DNA from: Naegleria gruberi
Taxonomy: Eukaryota
DNA: 64,000 bases
Strand: one strand, 5' to 3'
Assembly (NCBI GenBank): GCA_000004985.1
Contig: GG738847.1
A program made the position numbers and the translations under genes. Below, piece after piece: positions 44,523 to 56,604 of this stretch (position 1 is its first letter; every line of letters starts with the position of its first letter). A model generated the notes under the pieces. It was not told the DNA's origin, did not search any database, and saw nothing but the letters and a program-made list of their open reading frames with translations.

Positions 44523-47505
44523 ATGAGCAGTGGTGGTGGACATGTTTCATTCTCTAACCAGCAGCAACCAGCAAATAATCAACATCAGCAACAATATCTT
44601 GCCAACTCCTTTTCGTCAACAATAACACCAAATAATAACAATAACTATGGCAATCAAGGAAATAGAACCATGTTCGGAAATGGATTGAGTGGTGCTGTAT
44701 CAACTTCATCACCAAATGCGTCCAAACCACTTCCTACTCTTCCTCTTTCCCAACAACAACAACAACACACAACAACACATTCCAAATAATAGAGCAAGCA
44801 TGTCCTTCTTCAATCCGCAACCTACCCCTCCTTTTAATCAACAATCAAATATTTTAGATAGTAGTGGTGGTTCTCAATTTCCTCCACCTCTTAAACAACA
44901 ATCATCCCTCAATAACTTAATGTATCAACAACCTGCAAATACTCAGCAACAACAATGGAATAATCAAAATTCTGAAATGTTTTATAGTAATTCTCTAAAT
45001 TCAATGATTAATAATAATTTGAATGATCAACAGTTTGTTCCAGTAACTGCCATGCCTAATTCATCAAATAATTTCAATAACAAAAATGTTCCGAGTGTAG
45101 CCCAAAGTTTTGATTTTTCAGTGGAGAAAAAGAGATCAAAGAGTGTCAGTTTTGGACGATCAAGTCCACTATTATCGGATGAAGAACCAATAGTCAACAC
45201 AAATGAAACACAAACAGCCAAGCCAATTCCTCAAGTAGTTGAACATACCAAAACTGTTTCATTCTTCGAGTCACCTATTTATTCCACTATGGCAGAGGAT
45301 GATATGAGAGACGATGCATTTCCTGCTATTACTTTTGATATTCCTGTACGTTCTGGAGAAACGAGAGATTTTTCAAATGTTTTTGAAAGATGGCAAAATA
45401 TGGGATTGGGAAGTAATGATATGCGTCATTCGTTTGTTGCCACAACATCGAGCCACAACTTTGGATTTGAGGATGATTTTGGTACATCCAACAAACCAAC
45501 TGAATCAATCCTTAACAAGGGTACTGCCAATACTACTGTAATATATCCAAATCCAAATGCACCAACACCATCAGAGCTACAAAGTGATACCAGATCAGAA
45601 TTGTACAATCCAAATGCCATACCAACTCCAATAAGTGCTAATGATGATCAAGATGATGAGGATGAGTCAGAGGAAAACCAACAGGAATCATTTGATATGA
45701 TACAATTAGGACTATTGGATCCAAAAGAGTTAAAAATTCTATGTGAAAATATTTCTTCCATGCTCAACATTCTGTACAAGTATCTGGGAACAATACCAAC
45801 TGAATGTTCACTGGTTTTACTTGAAAAACATTGTGAATCAAACCTTAAAGATTTGAGCAAAATAACAAACAAGCATTCTGTTGAGACCTTGATATCACTA
45901 CTCATTTCCAGGTTAGATCTTCACAAAAATAAGGGATCCCTTTCAAAGTTGACATCTGTAGATTTTCTTGAACAACAAGTTAGAGAAATTGCTAGGACAA
46001 GTTTAATCAATCTCAGAGAAGATATGGAAGGATTTCAGAGAAGCAAAAGATCATCAACACCAAACGATTCAAGTGATGAGGTTAGTGTTGCTTCTAATAA
46101 CGAGCCAGAACTTCCAAATATACCAAGAAAAATGGTGGAGAAGAAGAAATTAATAGACAAGTTACTGAAACAAATCAGCAGTATTAACACACCACTCAAT
46201 GATAATGGAGATACTATCGTACATGCATGTTGTTGGTATGGATTGAAATCTGTTCTGGAATATGCACACAAGGTTAAAGGAGCCCTTTTATCTATCAGAA
46301 ACAAGGATGGAAAACTTCCATTAGAATACGCCATCAATCAACACAGAATTTCATCTACAGTCTACTTGATTGGTAATTCTATTGGCCATTCACTCCATTT
46401 ATTTGCAGATGGAAGACTGAGAGAAACCTTTAACAGAGATTTAATTTTGGAAGGAAAGAAAAAGAACCTTACAAAAGCTCTTCGCCAATGCATTTCTTCA
46501 TCCTCAAGGGTTAAACCAAATGTAAAGGATGAGTATGGTATGACACCTCTTCATTACTCTGTTCTACTGAGGTATGATTCAACTATCAAAAAACTATTAC
46601 AAATGTCCAATATACGAGTGAATGAAAGAGATAAGCTCAAGAGAACATGTCTTCATCTTGCTGCTATTTCCAATAATACTGAGGTGATAGATATGCTTTG
46701 TAAACGTGTTGATATTGATAGATTGGCCAGAGATGATATCGGAGATTCATTCCTTCATACATACATTAGATATATCTATGCTGAAGAAAATGGACCAAAA
46801 TATGAAAATCCAATTTTAGTAATGAACAAAATTCAATCCCAATTCAAGTGGTTCAGAAGCCCTATTGTTGATTGTGGGTTAATTCTTGCTCATGCCGGTT
46901 GTTTAGAAAAACTCAATCATTATCACGACTTTGTGATTTCATGTTGGAATCAAATTGTAAAATATGGATTATCAGATAGTTATATTATTGTAGAAAACAG
47001 TTTATTGGAGGGAATTGTTGACCCAGAAGTTGTAAAAACAGCAATTATTACATCATTTAAACAATTCATCATTCCACCAAAGAGAAATGACAAACGTCCG
47101 CTCAGACTTCAACTTGTGAATGTTGTCCATCAACAAGAGAAACAAAAGAAAGGATTATTCAGCTTTGGAAGAGAAACCAAATCATTATTGGGAATGAAAA
47201 ATAAGGAACAACCACCTGTCAACACACAACCACCACAAAATACTCCTCCTCAAGTCACTCAACAAATTATTGATGTTATGAGCAAAAAGATTTATAATTT
47301 CTCCATGATTGACTTTAAGGATTTACAATATCTTTTCACAGACAATCAAACTCACCCACAAGATTCTTACATTTCATGGATGGTCAACAATCAAAAACAA
47401 ACTCCACTATCATTGGCAATAGTATTAATTAGAGCTCTTGTTAAGGAAAAGAAAGTTCAAGCCAAATCAATTGTTACATTACCAATCAGAGCTTTTAAAA
47501 TTTAA
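44523..47505 (+). CDS. Prion-like Gln/Asn-rich protein with C-terminal ankyrin repeats (~1000 aa). The N-terminal ORF (44523-44789) and the main ORF (44689-47505) are in different frames overlapping across a (CAA)n tract.
   Basis: The 88-aa ORF (…LPLSQQQQQHTTTHSK*) ends at AAA-TAA 44784-44789. The 938-aa ORF continues in the +1 frame (…NNRASMSFFNPQ…). Ankyrin repeats follow (…GDTIVHACCWYGLKSVLEYA…, …GMTPLHYSVLLRYDSTIKKLL…, …RTCLHLAAISNNTEVIDML…). No GT-AG intron in the overlap. Alternatively the gene starts at the ATG at ~44800 and the upstream ORF is a uORF. Confidence 0.5.
44750..44768. repeat. (CAA)n trinucleotide repeat inside the Q/N-rich coding region.
   Basis: caacaacaacaacaacaac at the frame-transition point of the ankyrin gene. 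Confidence 0.6.
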
Positions 47506-47760
47506 TTCTATTTTATAAATTATCAACCACTAAACTCATTCTCTTATCAACACAACTTTATTCTCTTTGGGGACGAAACAGTATGGATTACGAAACTAGA
47601 AACAATGTTGGCATGCTTTCTCAATTACTATCCTCTTACCAATTATTATTAGTTCGATGAGAATCTTATAATTGTCCTCACTGTTCTTAGTTAAATTATC
47701 CATAAAACGAAATTTAAATAAATTTAAAAAAAATACAGAAAATCCAATCATCGGACCAAA

Positions 47761-48841
47761 CATGTTGGCAACACTTGAAAATTCACCATCTGAAGTAGCT
47801 TCCCCCCACAAGGATTTTGCAATTGTTTTTGATATTGATGGAGTTTTAATTCATGATGGTACAGTGATAGAAGGAGTACCTGAAATGTTAAAATCACTTC
47901 ATGAGCATCATATTCCCTTTGTTTTTGTTACTAATGGAGGAGGTGAAACTGAAGAATCACGTGCTGAAAGGCTTTCTAAATTATTCGGACTTGAAATTGA
48001 TAATTCTAAAGTTTTAATGTGTCATACTCCATTAAATAGAAAATCAAAATTCTCATCACTCACTCAAGCCTATGAAAAGAGAGTTTTATATATTGGAAGA
48101 AATGATTCAAGTTGTGATAAAATTATGGAAAATTATGGATATGATAATAGAATTTCATTGAGACAATTTGCTGAAAAGTATCCATTTCTGTTACCTTACT
48201 CTATGAAAGATCATGAAAATTATTACAAATTTAGTCATGAAGAACAGTTGAAATTATCTGAAAATGATGAACCTATTGATAGTATTGTATTTTTGGATAC
48301 TCCAGTTGATTGGTGTGAAACTTTACAAGTTTGTTGTGATTTGGTTTTAAGTAATGGAAAGGTTGGACATAATTTGGATTTTTCAAAAGAAACTCAACAT
48401 GTTAAAGTGAATGTTTGTAATCCTGATTTGGTTTATCAAGGTGTTTCAAAACATCCAAGATTTACAATGGGTGCTTTCTTAGAAGCTTTGGATACTTTAT
48501 TTTTCATTTCAAATGGAAAGAGACAACATTTACAATATGAATTATTTGGAAAACCACACAAAGTCACCTATGATTATGCAAAGAAAGTTTTAATTGACCA
48601 ATTGAGATCCTCACATGCTGGTCATGAAGATAGAGATAATGTCGATGATATGACTATTTATGCAATTGGTGACAATCCATTGAGTGATATCAAAGGTGCA
48701 AATGGTGCTGGATTTGTTTCCATGTTATTGAGAACTGGAGTTTGGCAATCAAGTGAAGAAAATGATTCACAAAATCCTGCAACTCACGTATTTCCATCTG
48801 TTAGGGAAGCATTTAAATTTATTTGTGATAAACATTTATAA
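47761..48841 (+). CDS. HAD-superfamily hydrolase of the CECR5/YKR070W-like (HAD-IIA) type, ~360 aa.
   Basis: Motif I is FDIDGVL, followed by …PFVFVTNGGGETEESRAERL… and C-terminal …AIGDNPLSDIKGANGAGF…. The ORF track starts at TTG 47672; the first ATG is at 47761. Confidence 0.6.
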
Positions 48842-49236
48842 TCGAATTATTTTACAACAATATTTACAAAATTGGAAAGGCTATACATATTCAGTGATCA
48901 ATTCTCTTGGCATTCAGTCTGCAAAATAATCTTTCGCTTTTTGTTTTGGATAACTTTGATCTGATCCATTCTGTTTTCACTGTTGACAGATATTCGTGTA
49001 AATCAGTTGTGGTTGACTTTATGTGTGAGTTTTGCAAAGTGATGAGTCTGGCAGGCATTTTGTTGTGTGTTTCTTGTTGAGGTATTTTATTTTGAATTAA
49101 TTGTAAATTGCATGTGGGATCTATTTAAAGATTTTTTACCTGTTCCAATATTTTATGTAATTCCAAAAAACAATGGAATTTTTTAATACACGGACGCAAC
49201 GCTAAGAAGAGAGCAGGTCGTAGATATGTATGACAC

Positions 49237-49452
49237 ATGGGAGGAGCTGTGCCTCAATTCCAACATATGGGACAAGGTGCTCAACAAGTTCCTCAAATTC
49301 ATAACCAATACTATAACCAACAATCTCAAGCTCAACAAGGTAGGATAAACCAACTAGCCAACTCAAATAATGGCATGGGTCATTTTCAAGTTCCAATGAA
49401 CAATCAATCACAAACCCAAGGAGGTGGTCATCAACCTCACTATAACTTCTAA
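49237..49452 (+). CDS. Speculative small Gln-rich ORF (71 aa).
   Basis: ORF track only. An overlapping alternative frame, MYDTWEELCLNSNIWDKVLNKF…, is equally plausible. There is no homology anchor. Confidence 0.12.
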   Translation: MGGAVPQFQHMGQGAQQVPQIHNQYYNQQSQAQQGRINQLANSNNGMGHFQVPMNNQSQTQGGGHQPHYNF

Positions 49453-49615
49453 GCTAGATTCCATATGTGTATACTAAATTATTAAATAACAAATAAATAA
49501 CAAATAAATTATTATTCCTCTTCGTGTAACAACTCATTCATTGTCATTGGTTATTTTAAGGCAATGAAATATATATTATAGGAAATGTTTATGTTTATTG
49601 TTACGTAATCTAATT

Positions 49616-52600
49616 CTAAAGGAGTAAGAAATTACAAATCATCACAACCATGACGAATACTGATGCAACAATCTTACCAGAACCATTAACATCAGTACTA
49701 TGTATTGGAACAGTACCATTGTTATTATTGTTATTGTTATTATTATTGTTATTGTTTGTAGGAGAACCTGAGCTAGTAGCAACAATCACTTGTTTTGATT
49801 CGTCCACAACAACCAAATCTGTTGTAGCAGCAACAGATGAAGTTGAGAACAATGAAGCAGTTGGTGTGAAAGTAAATGAAGTCTTAACCACTGCTGCACT
49901 ATCTTTCTTCACCAAATTAATTTGGAGCAATTGATCAATGGTTGAAACAGTACATGCACTAACAGTGTACAATGTCGTCAAATCAGTTGACCCACTCTTA
50001 ATCATATCAAAGATCTTACTTGGATTTGCATTAATATCAGCAATTCCCTTCACATCAAATGGATGGTCAGGATTACTATTGTAAACCATAAATTCGGTAT
50101 TTCCAGCTGTTGCTTGATTAATCCAAACCATGTCGACAGTTGTTGGTTTCAAATCTTCCAAAGTCAATTTCAAAGCACATTTTGAAAGTAAATTGAATTG
50201 AACTAAGGTACCAGTTGTCTTGGAGAAGGCAATTGGCAATCTCTTAACTGTTGAAGTATAGGAATAACTTGAAGTGGCAATTGAGTTGACATCAGTAATT
50301 GATGGAGTTGCCTTTACAGTATTGGAATTGACAGACATGTCATAGACACATGTGGCATCGGTACTTTCAGCAATGAGAACAAGACCAATTTTGTTGGCAG
50401 TTTTGGCATTGTTCAAGTCAGCTGCCAAATCCAAATAAAAGTTTCCATTGATGGCTGGATCCATTGTAATGGAAGTTGCGTCAATTTCTCTTCTTGCAAT
50501 GGTCAAAGTTCTAGGAAATACTTGCTTCCAAAAAGATGGAAACTGAACTTGTCTTCTTGTTGGTGACCTTAATTTGAATAAACCTTTCGGCTGTTCCAGT
50601 ACAAACATTCGAAATGTCAATACTAAACAGTGCAACCTCACCTACCTTTTCAGCAACCAAATTATTGATTGATTTGGTATCTCTACTCATTTCTTTAGAA
50701 TCAACAACAATATTAGAATCATAACTCATTACAACACCTGTTGCACTATTCACAATTCTCAAATATAAAGTCTTGGCATTGATATCTGTCATCCTGACAG
50801 CTGAACACTTCATACCATAATAGCTAAAATCAGAATTTGGACCAATAACCTTAGTTTCAGATGGAACACCACTATTAAGAATATCATTGTAAACAAATTG
50901 AAGATTAATTTGATTGGTTGACATCATTGACACATCACCCTTATTCAAATATTCATCAGCAATTGGAAAAATTGTTTCACCAACTCCATAATTAACCATG
51001 AATGAACTACCATCATTGAGAATATTGGTATAGAAATCATTTGCAAATTTGAGTTTACCAGCACCTTCCAAAGAAGTCATTGACAAATATGGATAAGTAT
51101 ATCTATTCAAATTAATGATTAATCTTCCAGAACGGAATGGATTTACAATCTTGGAATTGAAATCCATGATATTGTAAGGAGCCATACCAATTTGCTTAAT
51201 TGTGAAACTTTCATCAAGTGGAATGACAGTTGCCAATAAAATCTTATCAGTATTTCCAATATTCATATTTTCCAAAGTCAAGTGGAAAGTATATTCAGTT
51301 TCCTTATCAATATAATTGAACTTGGCACCATTTGACATCTTGTACATGTTTCCAGATGTCCATGCTTCTGACAAGGTCAAACTAAATTTACCCCAAGCTT
51401 GCATTGAGAAGGCATAACGTGGATAATTAGCAGCAGTATCCAAAATCTTCATAAAGATAATTGGGTTTCCAACCTTTTAGTAAGTATATGAGAACCAACC
51501 ACCATAAGTTGTTGTGCTTAATTCAAAATCAGTTGTCACTATTTTTTGATCTGTGAGAATTGACATGAAAACAACATCACTTTCACGTGGGGCATCATAT
51601 CTGAGAATAAAATCGACTTCACCTTCAATGATATTTTCCTTAGTTGGATCAGGAGTTGAAGTAAAGATGAAAATTGGAGTTTGAGCTGTTTTGTAAACAA
51701 CCTTAATAAAAGTGCCATCCTCCATGACTGTTCCATCATTGACAGTTTGAGTGACATCATAATCACCTTGAGTAATAAGAACGTCATTTTGAGCAGTATT
51801 GGTATTCAACATATTCTTATAAACTTCAAATTTAAAATATTTCTTTGTAGTTCCTCCATTTGGAATACTAATTGTGGCCAAAGTGACTCCTTGGACAGAT
51901 TTAGAAACAGTGAAAGGTAATAGCATCTCCTTTGGCAGCTACATAACCATACTTGACATAGTAAAAGTTATTATTGGCATTCTTAATATTAAATTCATAG
52001 AATGCTGGAGTTGACTTGAACTCTGGTTGAACAACGACTGGAACTGGAACAGGATCTGAGGCTGGATCTGCTTTACCAACATAGTTATTGGCTCCTGGAA
52101 CTAAGTTACCATTACTATCTGTAGTAGATTCAGCATACTTTGGTTTTGGTGGACTCATGGTCTTGAATTTACCACTCATTGAGGCAATTTCAGTTTTACC
52201 AACTAATTCTAATTCCTTACTACCACCAAATTTCTCAGATTCATAATAGAAAATTAAATTGTAATAGGCGCTCAATTTACAATAAGCTGAAACTGAATCA
52301 CCTTCAATCAATCCTTCGCCAATCAATTCAATTCTGAAACGAGGAGCAATACCAACATAAACAGAGGCCAATTCCTTAACACCCAAAATCTTAACATTGA
52401 CTTCAACACCTGGAATCAATCCAAAGTAAACATTGGTCACAGCATTTACTTCAATCTTTGGTGGATCAGATGAGAAAGTAATTCCATCTCCTTCCTTTAC
52501 AGTACTATAAGTTCCATCATTGTACTCATAACCCAATGTCTTTTGGATGAGTAATTCAAAGTTTCTACGATAGGAAATTGTACCAGTGGCTTCGATTTTA

Positions 52601-53849
52601 CCTTTGAATTTAAGACTTGGAAGTACGGAGACAGTTAATACTGGAACAGCACTAATCATGATTGGAATGGTAACAGCTGGAGCTTTGAGTAAGAGTTTTT
52701 CAATATCCTTTTCGTATTTTGCTGTGACTGCCAGTCTGACATAACCAGATGTCTTCCAACTACCACCAACTGTTGCACGCAAGGTCTTTAAAGTGATCAA
52801 TTTGATATTGACCTTCAATGAGAATTCCATAAAGATTCTAGAGATACAATCTTCACAGGCAACTTCAAGAGATTCAGCCTTATAAATTGGAATGTTATTA
52901 TTAATTGGTGTTCCAGAACTATCACAATTAATATTTAACATTGGAGTGGTGTAACTTGCGGATCCTTCATAAGTTGGATCTGGAAGAGCAGCCTTGACAG
53001 TTTGATAGGCATTGTTGACAGCACCACCAACAGCAGCACCTGCCTTCTTGACTGAATTCCAAGCATCACTCAATCCCCAGAGAACTTTTCTAGAGATTGG
53101 TGTAACTCCTCTTGAGTTAACTCCAATTTCTGCCTCCATGAACAATTCAGCAGGAGACATGGAACGAGTTTGGAAACGAACTCTCATCATATTTCCTTCA
53201 TGAGCTATGATTTCACGCGTGAGGACAACATTGGTTGTGGCAGGATTCTCAGCACGATCTTCTTGACCTCTGAAACAATTCCACTTTTCACTAATGATGA
53301 ATCTTGTACCAGGAATGAAACGAGAGGCAGTACGCGCGTGATCTGAAAAGTCAATGGTGATGGAGTCATCAGTTGGATCACACTTGACGTCCCATACATT
53401 GAGTTCTCTATCAAGATTAACAATACCAGAGAGAGCTGTACCTTCAACTGAATAAATCTTCATGGTGTTACCTTCTACTCGACCAACATTATGTCTAATT
53501 GGAGCATAGTCGACATTTCTCTTCAATTTATTGATACTTCTCTTGTTGGTTCTCAATTCAATTTCAGAAGCACCCAAAGTATAGGTATTTCTCAAGTGGA
53601 ATGGATCTCTTCTCAAAGCTTGAAACAATTCCTCACCGGAAATGAAAGGACTGATGGTAGCGGAAGTTGTGGAAAGTCGATACCTTCAAAATTCATCTCA
53701 AGGAAGGATGAGGAGTGAAGGGATCTTTTGGCTTGTCCCTTCAATCCAAACATTCTCTTGGAGGGAAAGACAGTCATCTTGGATGTTGGTGTGTTTGCCA
53801 TGGCTAACACACTCATCACCACCAACAAGACGAAACTTGTGAATAGCAC
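49616..53849 (-). CDS. Giant secreted, GPI-anchored surface (adhesin-like) protein of ~1400 aa, assembled from 5 ORF segments. The gene is disrupted: two unresolved frame changes and one in-frame TAA.
   Basis: Segments on the minus strand are a signal-peptide ORF 53613-53849 (…FVLLVVMSVLAMANTP…), 51901-53628 (575 aa), 51477-51926 (149 aa), 50511-51452 (313 aa) and 49616-50641 (341 aa). The last ends in N13 (PTNNNNNNNNNNNNNGT) and a hydrophobic GPI-type tail IVASVFVMVVMICNFLLL. A clean 55-nt GTAGGT…GGAACAG intron (50591-50645) joins the 313- and 341-aa parts in phase (…NLVAEK|PKGLFKLRSP…). The 149- and 313-aa parts are in the same frame, separated only by TAA 51477-51479. The signal->575 and 575->149 transitions change frame with no usable intron. 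A further upstream ATG micro-exon (~53940) is possible. Confidence 0.5.
49728..49757. repeat. (AAC/AAT)n microsatellite (minus-strand sense) encoding the poly-Asn13 stalk.
   Basis: gttattattgttattgttattattattgtt on the plus strand. Confidence 0.6.
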
Positions 53850-54425
53850 GAGTTTAAGTGATTTTAATTAGCCAATTTCATTACCCTTATTAGGACTTTT
53901 TGTGATTGCGAAACAAGAGTTCGTTTCACAAATTTGAATATTTTCAGTTCCTACCTTACTTTAAACAAACTTTGAACATTCAAGTGGATGAACTATTTCA
54001 ATGCATGCGTGATTGATTCAACTATATTTCTGTAGGACTTTAAACAGCACTACAACATTCCAAGCGAAAAAAGTGACTTCGCTATTATCGTAGAAATAAA
54101 GTTTGTTTGTGAGCATTCTCTGAGTGGGAGATTCATCTAATAGTAAATAACAGTAAAACCATGCCTTAATTGAAATTGCCTTATTTCTTTTCCTCTTTTC
54201 TTCTTCTTCCCCGATATAGTGGAACTTACACTCAATTTGTAAAGAAAGAAAGTCGACTTATCATTGAAACAATGCAGTGGACCTTCTCAAGTTTATGACA
54301 AAAAACATAATAAGCAACTCGAACAAATATCTGAGTAAAGACTTTACTAAACATTGATAATATTCTTCTTCCGTAGTGAAGGTGAATTTTAAATTGCCTT
54401 CTTCTTCATTCGGAATAAAATCACA

Positions 54426-54905
54426 ATGGGTAGAATCAATATTCAACAAAAAATAATTTCGATTGTAGATGAAACCCAACGAGTAAAGGAAAAGATTAAG
54501 AAGCAAAATTTCCTGTCAACAACAATGAAAAGTAGAAGGTTGAGGAAAGCCTTGCAAAATGATAAATTATTGATGAATTATTTTCAATGGAATGAAACCT
54601 CTGTATCAGCAGACTTAACTGTGTATAAATTGGAGCAAACTAATTCTGAGGTATTTTGTGAAAAGTGTCCAATTTTGAATTCTAATAATGAAATATGTTG
54701 TTCAAATAGAAAACAACCAGAATTGACAAATCCAAGCAATGTTACTTTCATATCAAGCAAAAAGGTTAAGGTAAATACACCTAATTGTACTCCAAAGAAA
54801 ACACTATTATCGGATAATTCTACAAATGGTGGACGTCCACCCCTGGTCCCGAACGAAACATTACTATTACTGCTGCTTCAAGCATGCACTTCCCAACAAT
54901 ACTAA
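54426..54905 (+). CDS. Hypothetical ORF (159 aa), Cys/Asn-rich with a hydrophobic LLLLLL C-terminus.
   Basis: ORF track only; no signal peptide or recognised domain. Confidence 0.2.
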   Translation: MGRINIQQKIISIVDETQRVKEKIKKQNFLSTTMKSRRLRKALQNDKLLMNYFQWNETSVSADLTVYKLEQTNSEVFCEKCPILNSNNEICCSNRKQPELTNPSNVTFISSKKVKVNTPNCTPKKTLLSDNSTNGGRPPLVPNETLLLLLLQACTSQQY

Positions 54906-54954
54906 TTATTCTTTTATGTACAATAAATCAAACAATATTACTGACACTTGTTTC

Positions 54955-55758
54955 CTATTGTTCTTGCCATCTCTTGAAGACATCAAAGAGAAGGTTTTGA
55001 ATCACAACGTTTTCCAGCTCGTCAAACAAGTCAATTTCACCCAATAATCGTTGAATATTGAATGAATGAACTTGTAGCTCTTCCTTTGACATGTTCAATT
55101 GTTTGTTACTACCATTCTTAATAAACTGTGAATAAATCTCAGTTTGAAGCTTGACTCTGTCTTGAATCTTTTTCAAGCTCTTATAATAACTGACATCTTC
55201 AAGGAAAAGTATCCATTCGTTCATTTCTTTGGCACAGAAATCTTTAAAGTTGTTTCTCTTGTCAATGTTGTGGAAAATTTCTTTGAAGTTGATTTTGTCT
55301 TGCAACTTGTAATACATGACTTCCTTTTCTTTAAGTTCTTTAAGCATATTCTTAATTGTAAGATGATGAATCAGAATGACAATAACAGTAGACATTTCAG
55401 ATTCAGCTTTTACAACAGACGTAAGGTCATACGTACACTTGCTGAATGACATTGAAATTCTAACTTTCATTTCTTGACCGAGTTTGTTGATAGCATTTAT
55501 CTCTCTTCCAGTGATACAAGTGTCATCATGGAGAAGCACAGCTGAACCTCTAGAGTCAGCCAATTCCTTTTGAATATCCAAAGTAGGAAGAATGGATGTA
55601 ATGTCAACCATTCCACCTCTATGCGTCAGTATCGTTGAAACCAAAAGTCTTTTGGAAGGCATAGTTTGAAGAATCAACATAGATAGGTTACAATTTGCGA
55701 AGTCTATAACAGCAATTAATTTCTTTACTAACTGGAATACAGCCATGATTGAAGCCAT
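54955..55758 (-). CDS. RGS (regulator of G-protein signalling) domain protein, ~267 aa.
   Basis: C-terminal RGS box: …FKDFCAKEMNEWILFLEDVSYYK…IYSQFIKNGSNKQLNMSKEE…LFDELENVVIQNLLFDVFKRWQ, matching RGS consensus positions (EFsxENLxFW…IYxxFI…xxVNxd…LFxxAQxxIyxLMxxDsyxRF). ATG at 55756-55758. Confidence 0.6.
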   Translation of the reverse strand: MASIMAVFQLVKKLIAVIDFANCNLSMLILQTMPSKRLLVSTILTHRGGMVDITSILPTLDIQKELADSRGSAVLLHDDTCITGREINAINKLGQEMKVRISMSFSKCTYDLTSVVKAESEMSTVIVILIHHLTIKNMLKELKEKEVMYYKLQDKINFKEIFHNIDKRNNFKDFCAKEMNEWILFLEDVSYYKSLKKIQDRVKLQTEIYSQFIKNGSNKQLNMSKEELQVHSFNIQRLLGEIDLFDELENVVIQNLLFDVFKRWQEQ

Positions 55759-55830
55759 CACTGTTCTTTCTAATTTGAGTGAAGATTCTTACCATGTATA
55801 TTGTTGATTATTGTAACTATATGTTTATTG

Positions 55831-56430
55831 ATGATATCAGGTCAAAAAAGAGCCATTGGAAGTGCTGCTTACGCTGCCCATACAATGTCCTATGAAGTTC
55901 TTTTACAATTTTTGCAATCACAAGCAAGAGCATCATATAATTATGATATATTATTCAATCATCTTTTTGGTATACCAAAAACTAATGATTTGAAAATGAG
56001 ATTTTCATTGTATCTTGAAAAGAAGCACATTTCCATGATTTGTGTGAAATTGGAAGGTCTTGAACATATTATTTCAACGACACCTCCCAATGAAGTTGTG
56101 GAGATTTTGCAAGACTTCTTTGAGAGAGTTGAATTTGTATCAAAATCTACTAGTAGTTTAATGGAACCTTCAGACAATTTCACAATTTCAATTGCATTCA
56201 ATGCATCCAAAGAACAATCAATGCATGAGGAAAGAGCAGTCAAAGCTTGTGTAGATTTGAGCTCAAGGTTGGCAGACTTACAAAAAAACAAATGGAATCA
56301 GATGGCCAATAGTCACTCTTTGAATACTTGTCAGTTTAGGTTAGCTATTTATGTTCAACAATGTTTGTGTGGAAATGTGGGGACTAATGATAAAAGATTG
56401 TTCAAAATTTTAGAAAATCTAAATATATAA
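55831..56430 (+). CDS. Degenerate adenylyl/guanylyl-cyclase-homology-domain (pseudo-cyclase-like) protein, ~199 aa.
   Basis: The pattern aligns to the class III cyclase catalytic core: MICVKLEGLEHIIS…PNEVVEILQDFFERVEFVS…HEERAVKACVDLSSRLA…FRLAIYVQQCLCGNVGTNDKRLF matches FADIVGFTxLxS…AxELVxLLNELFxxFDELA…HAxxxVExGLDM…xRVGLHTGxVxxGVxG. The metal-binding Asp positions are replaced (K/E). Head-to-head with the RGS gene, ~72 bp between the two ATGs. Confidence 0.35.
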   Translation: MISGQKRAIGSAAYAAHTMSYEVLLQFLQSQARASYNYDILFNHLFGIPKTNDLKMRFSLYLEKKHISMICVKLEGLEHIISTTPPNEVVEILQDFFERVEFVSKSTSSLMEPSDNFTISIAFNASKEQSMHEERAVKACVDLSSRLADLQKNKWNQMANSHSLNTCQFRLAIYVQQCLCGNVGTNDKRLFKILENLNI

Positions 56431-56604
56431 CAGATTACGCAAGAAAATTCCAAATAGGAGTGGTTTGTGATCTAATATTTTGCTAGTAAGGTTGCTCGAT
56501 TCTCTTTCCATACAAGATTTGTTTCATTTATTAATCTTCAAAATGATAATAATACTGTGAAAAATAGAAAAGTGTTTGAAATAGGAGCAAAAATTAAAGT
56601 GTCT

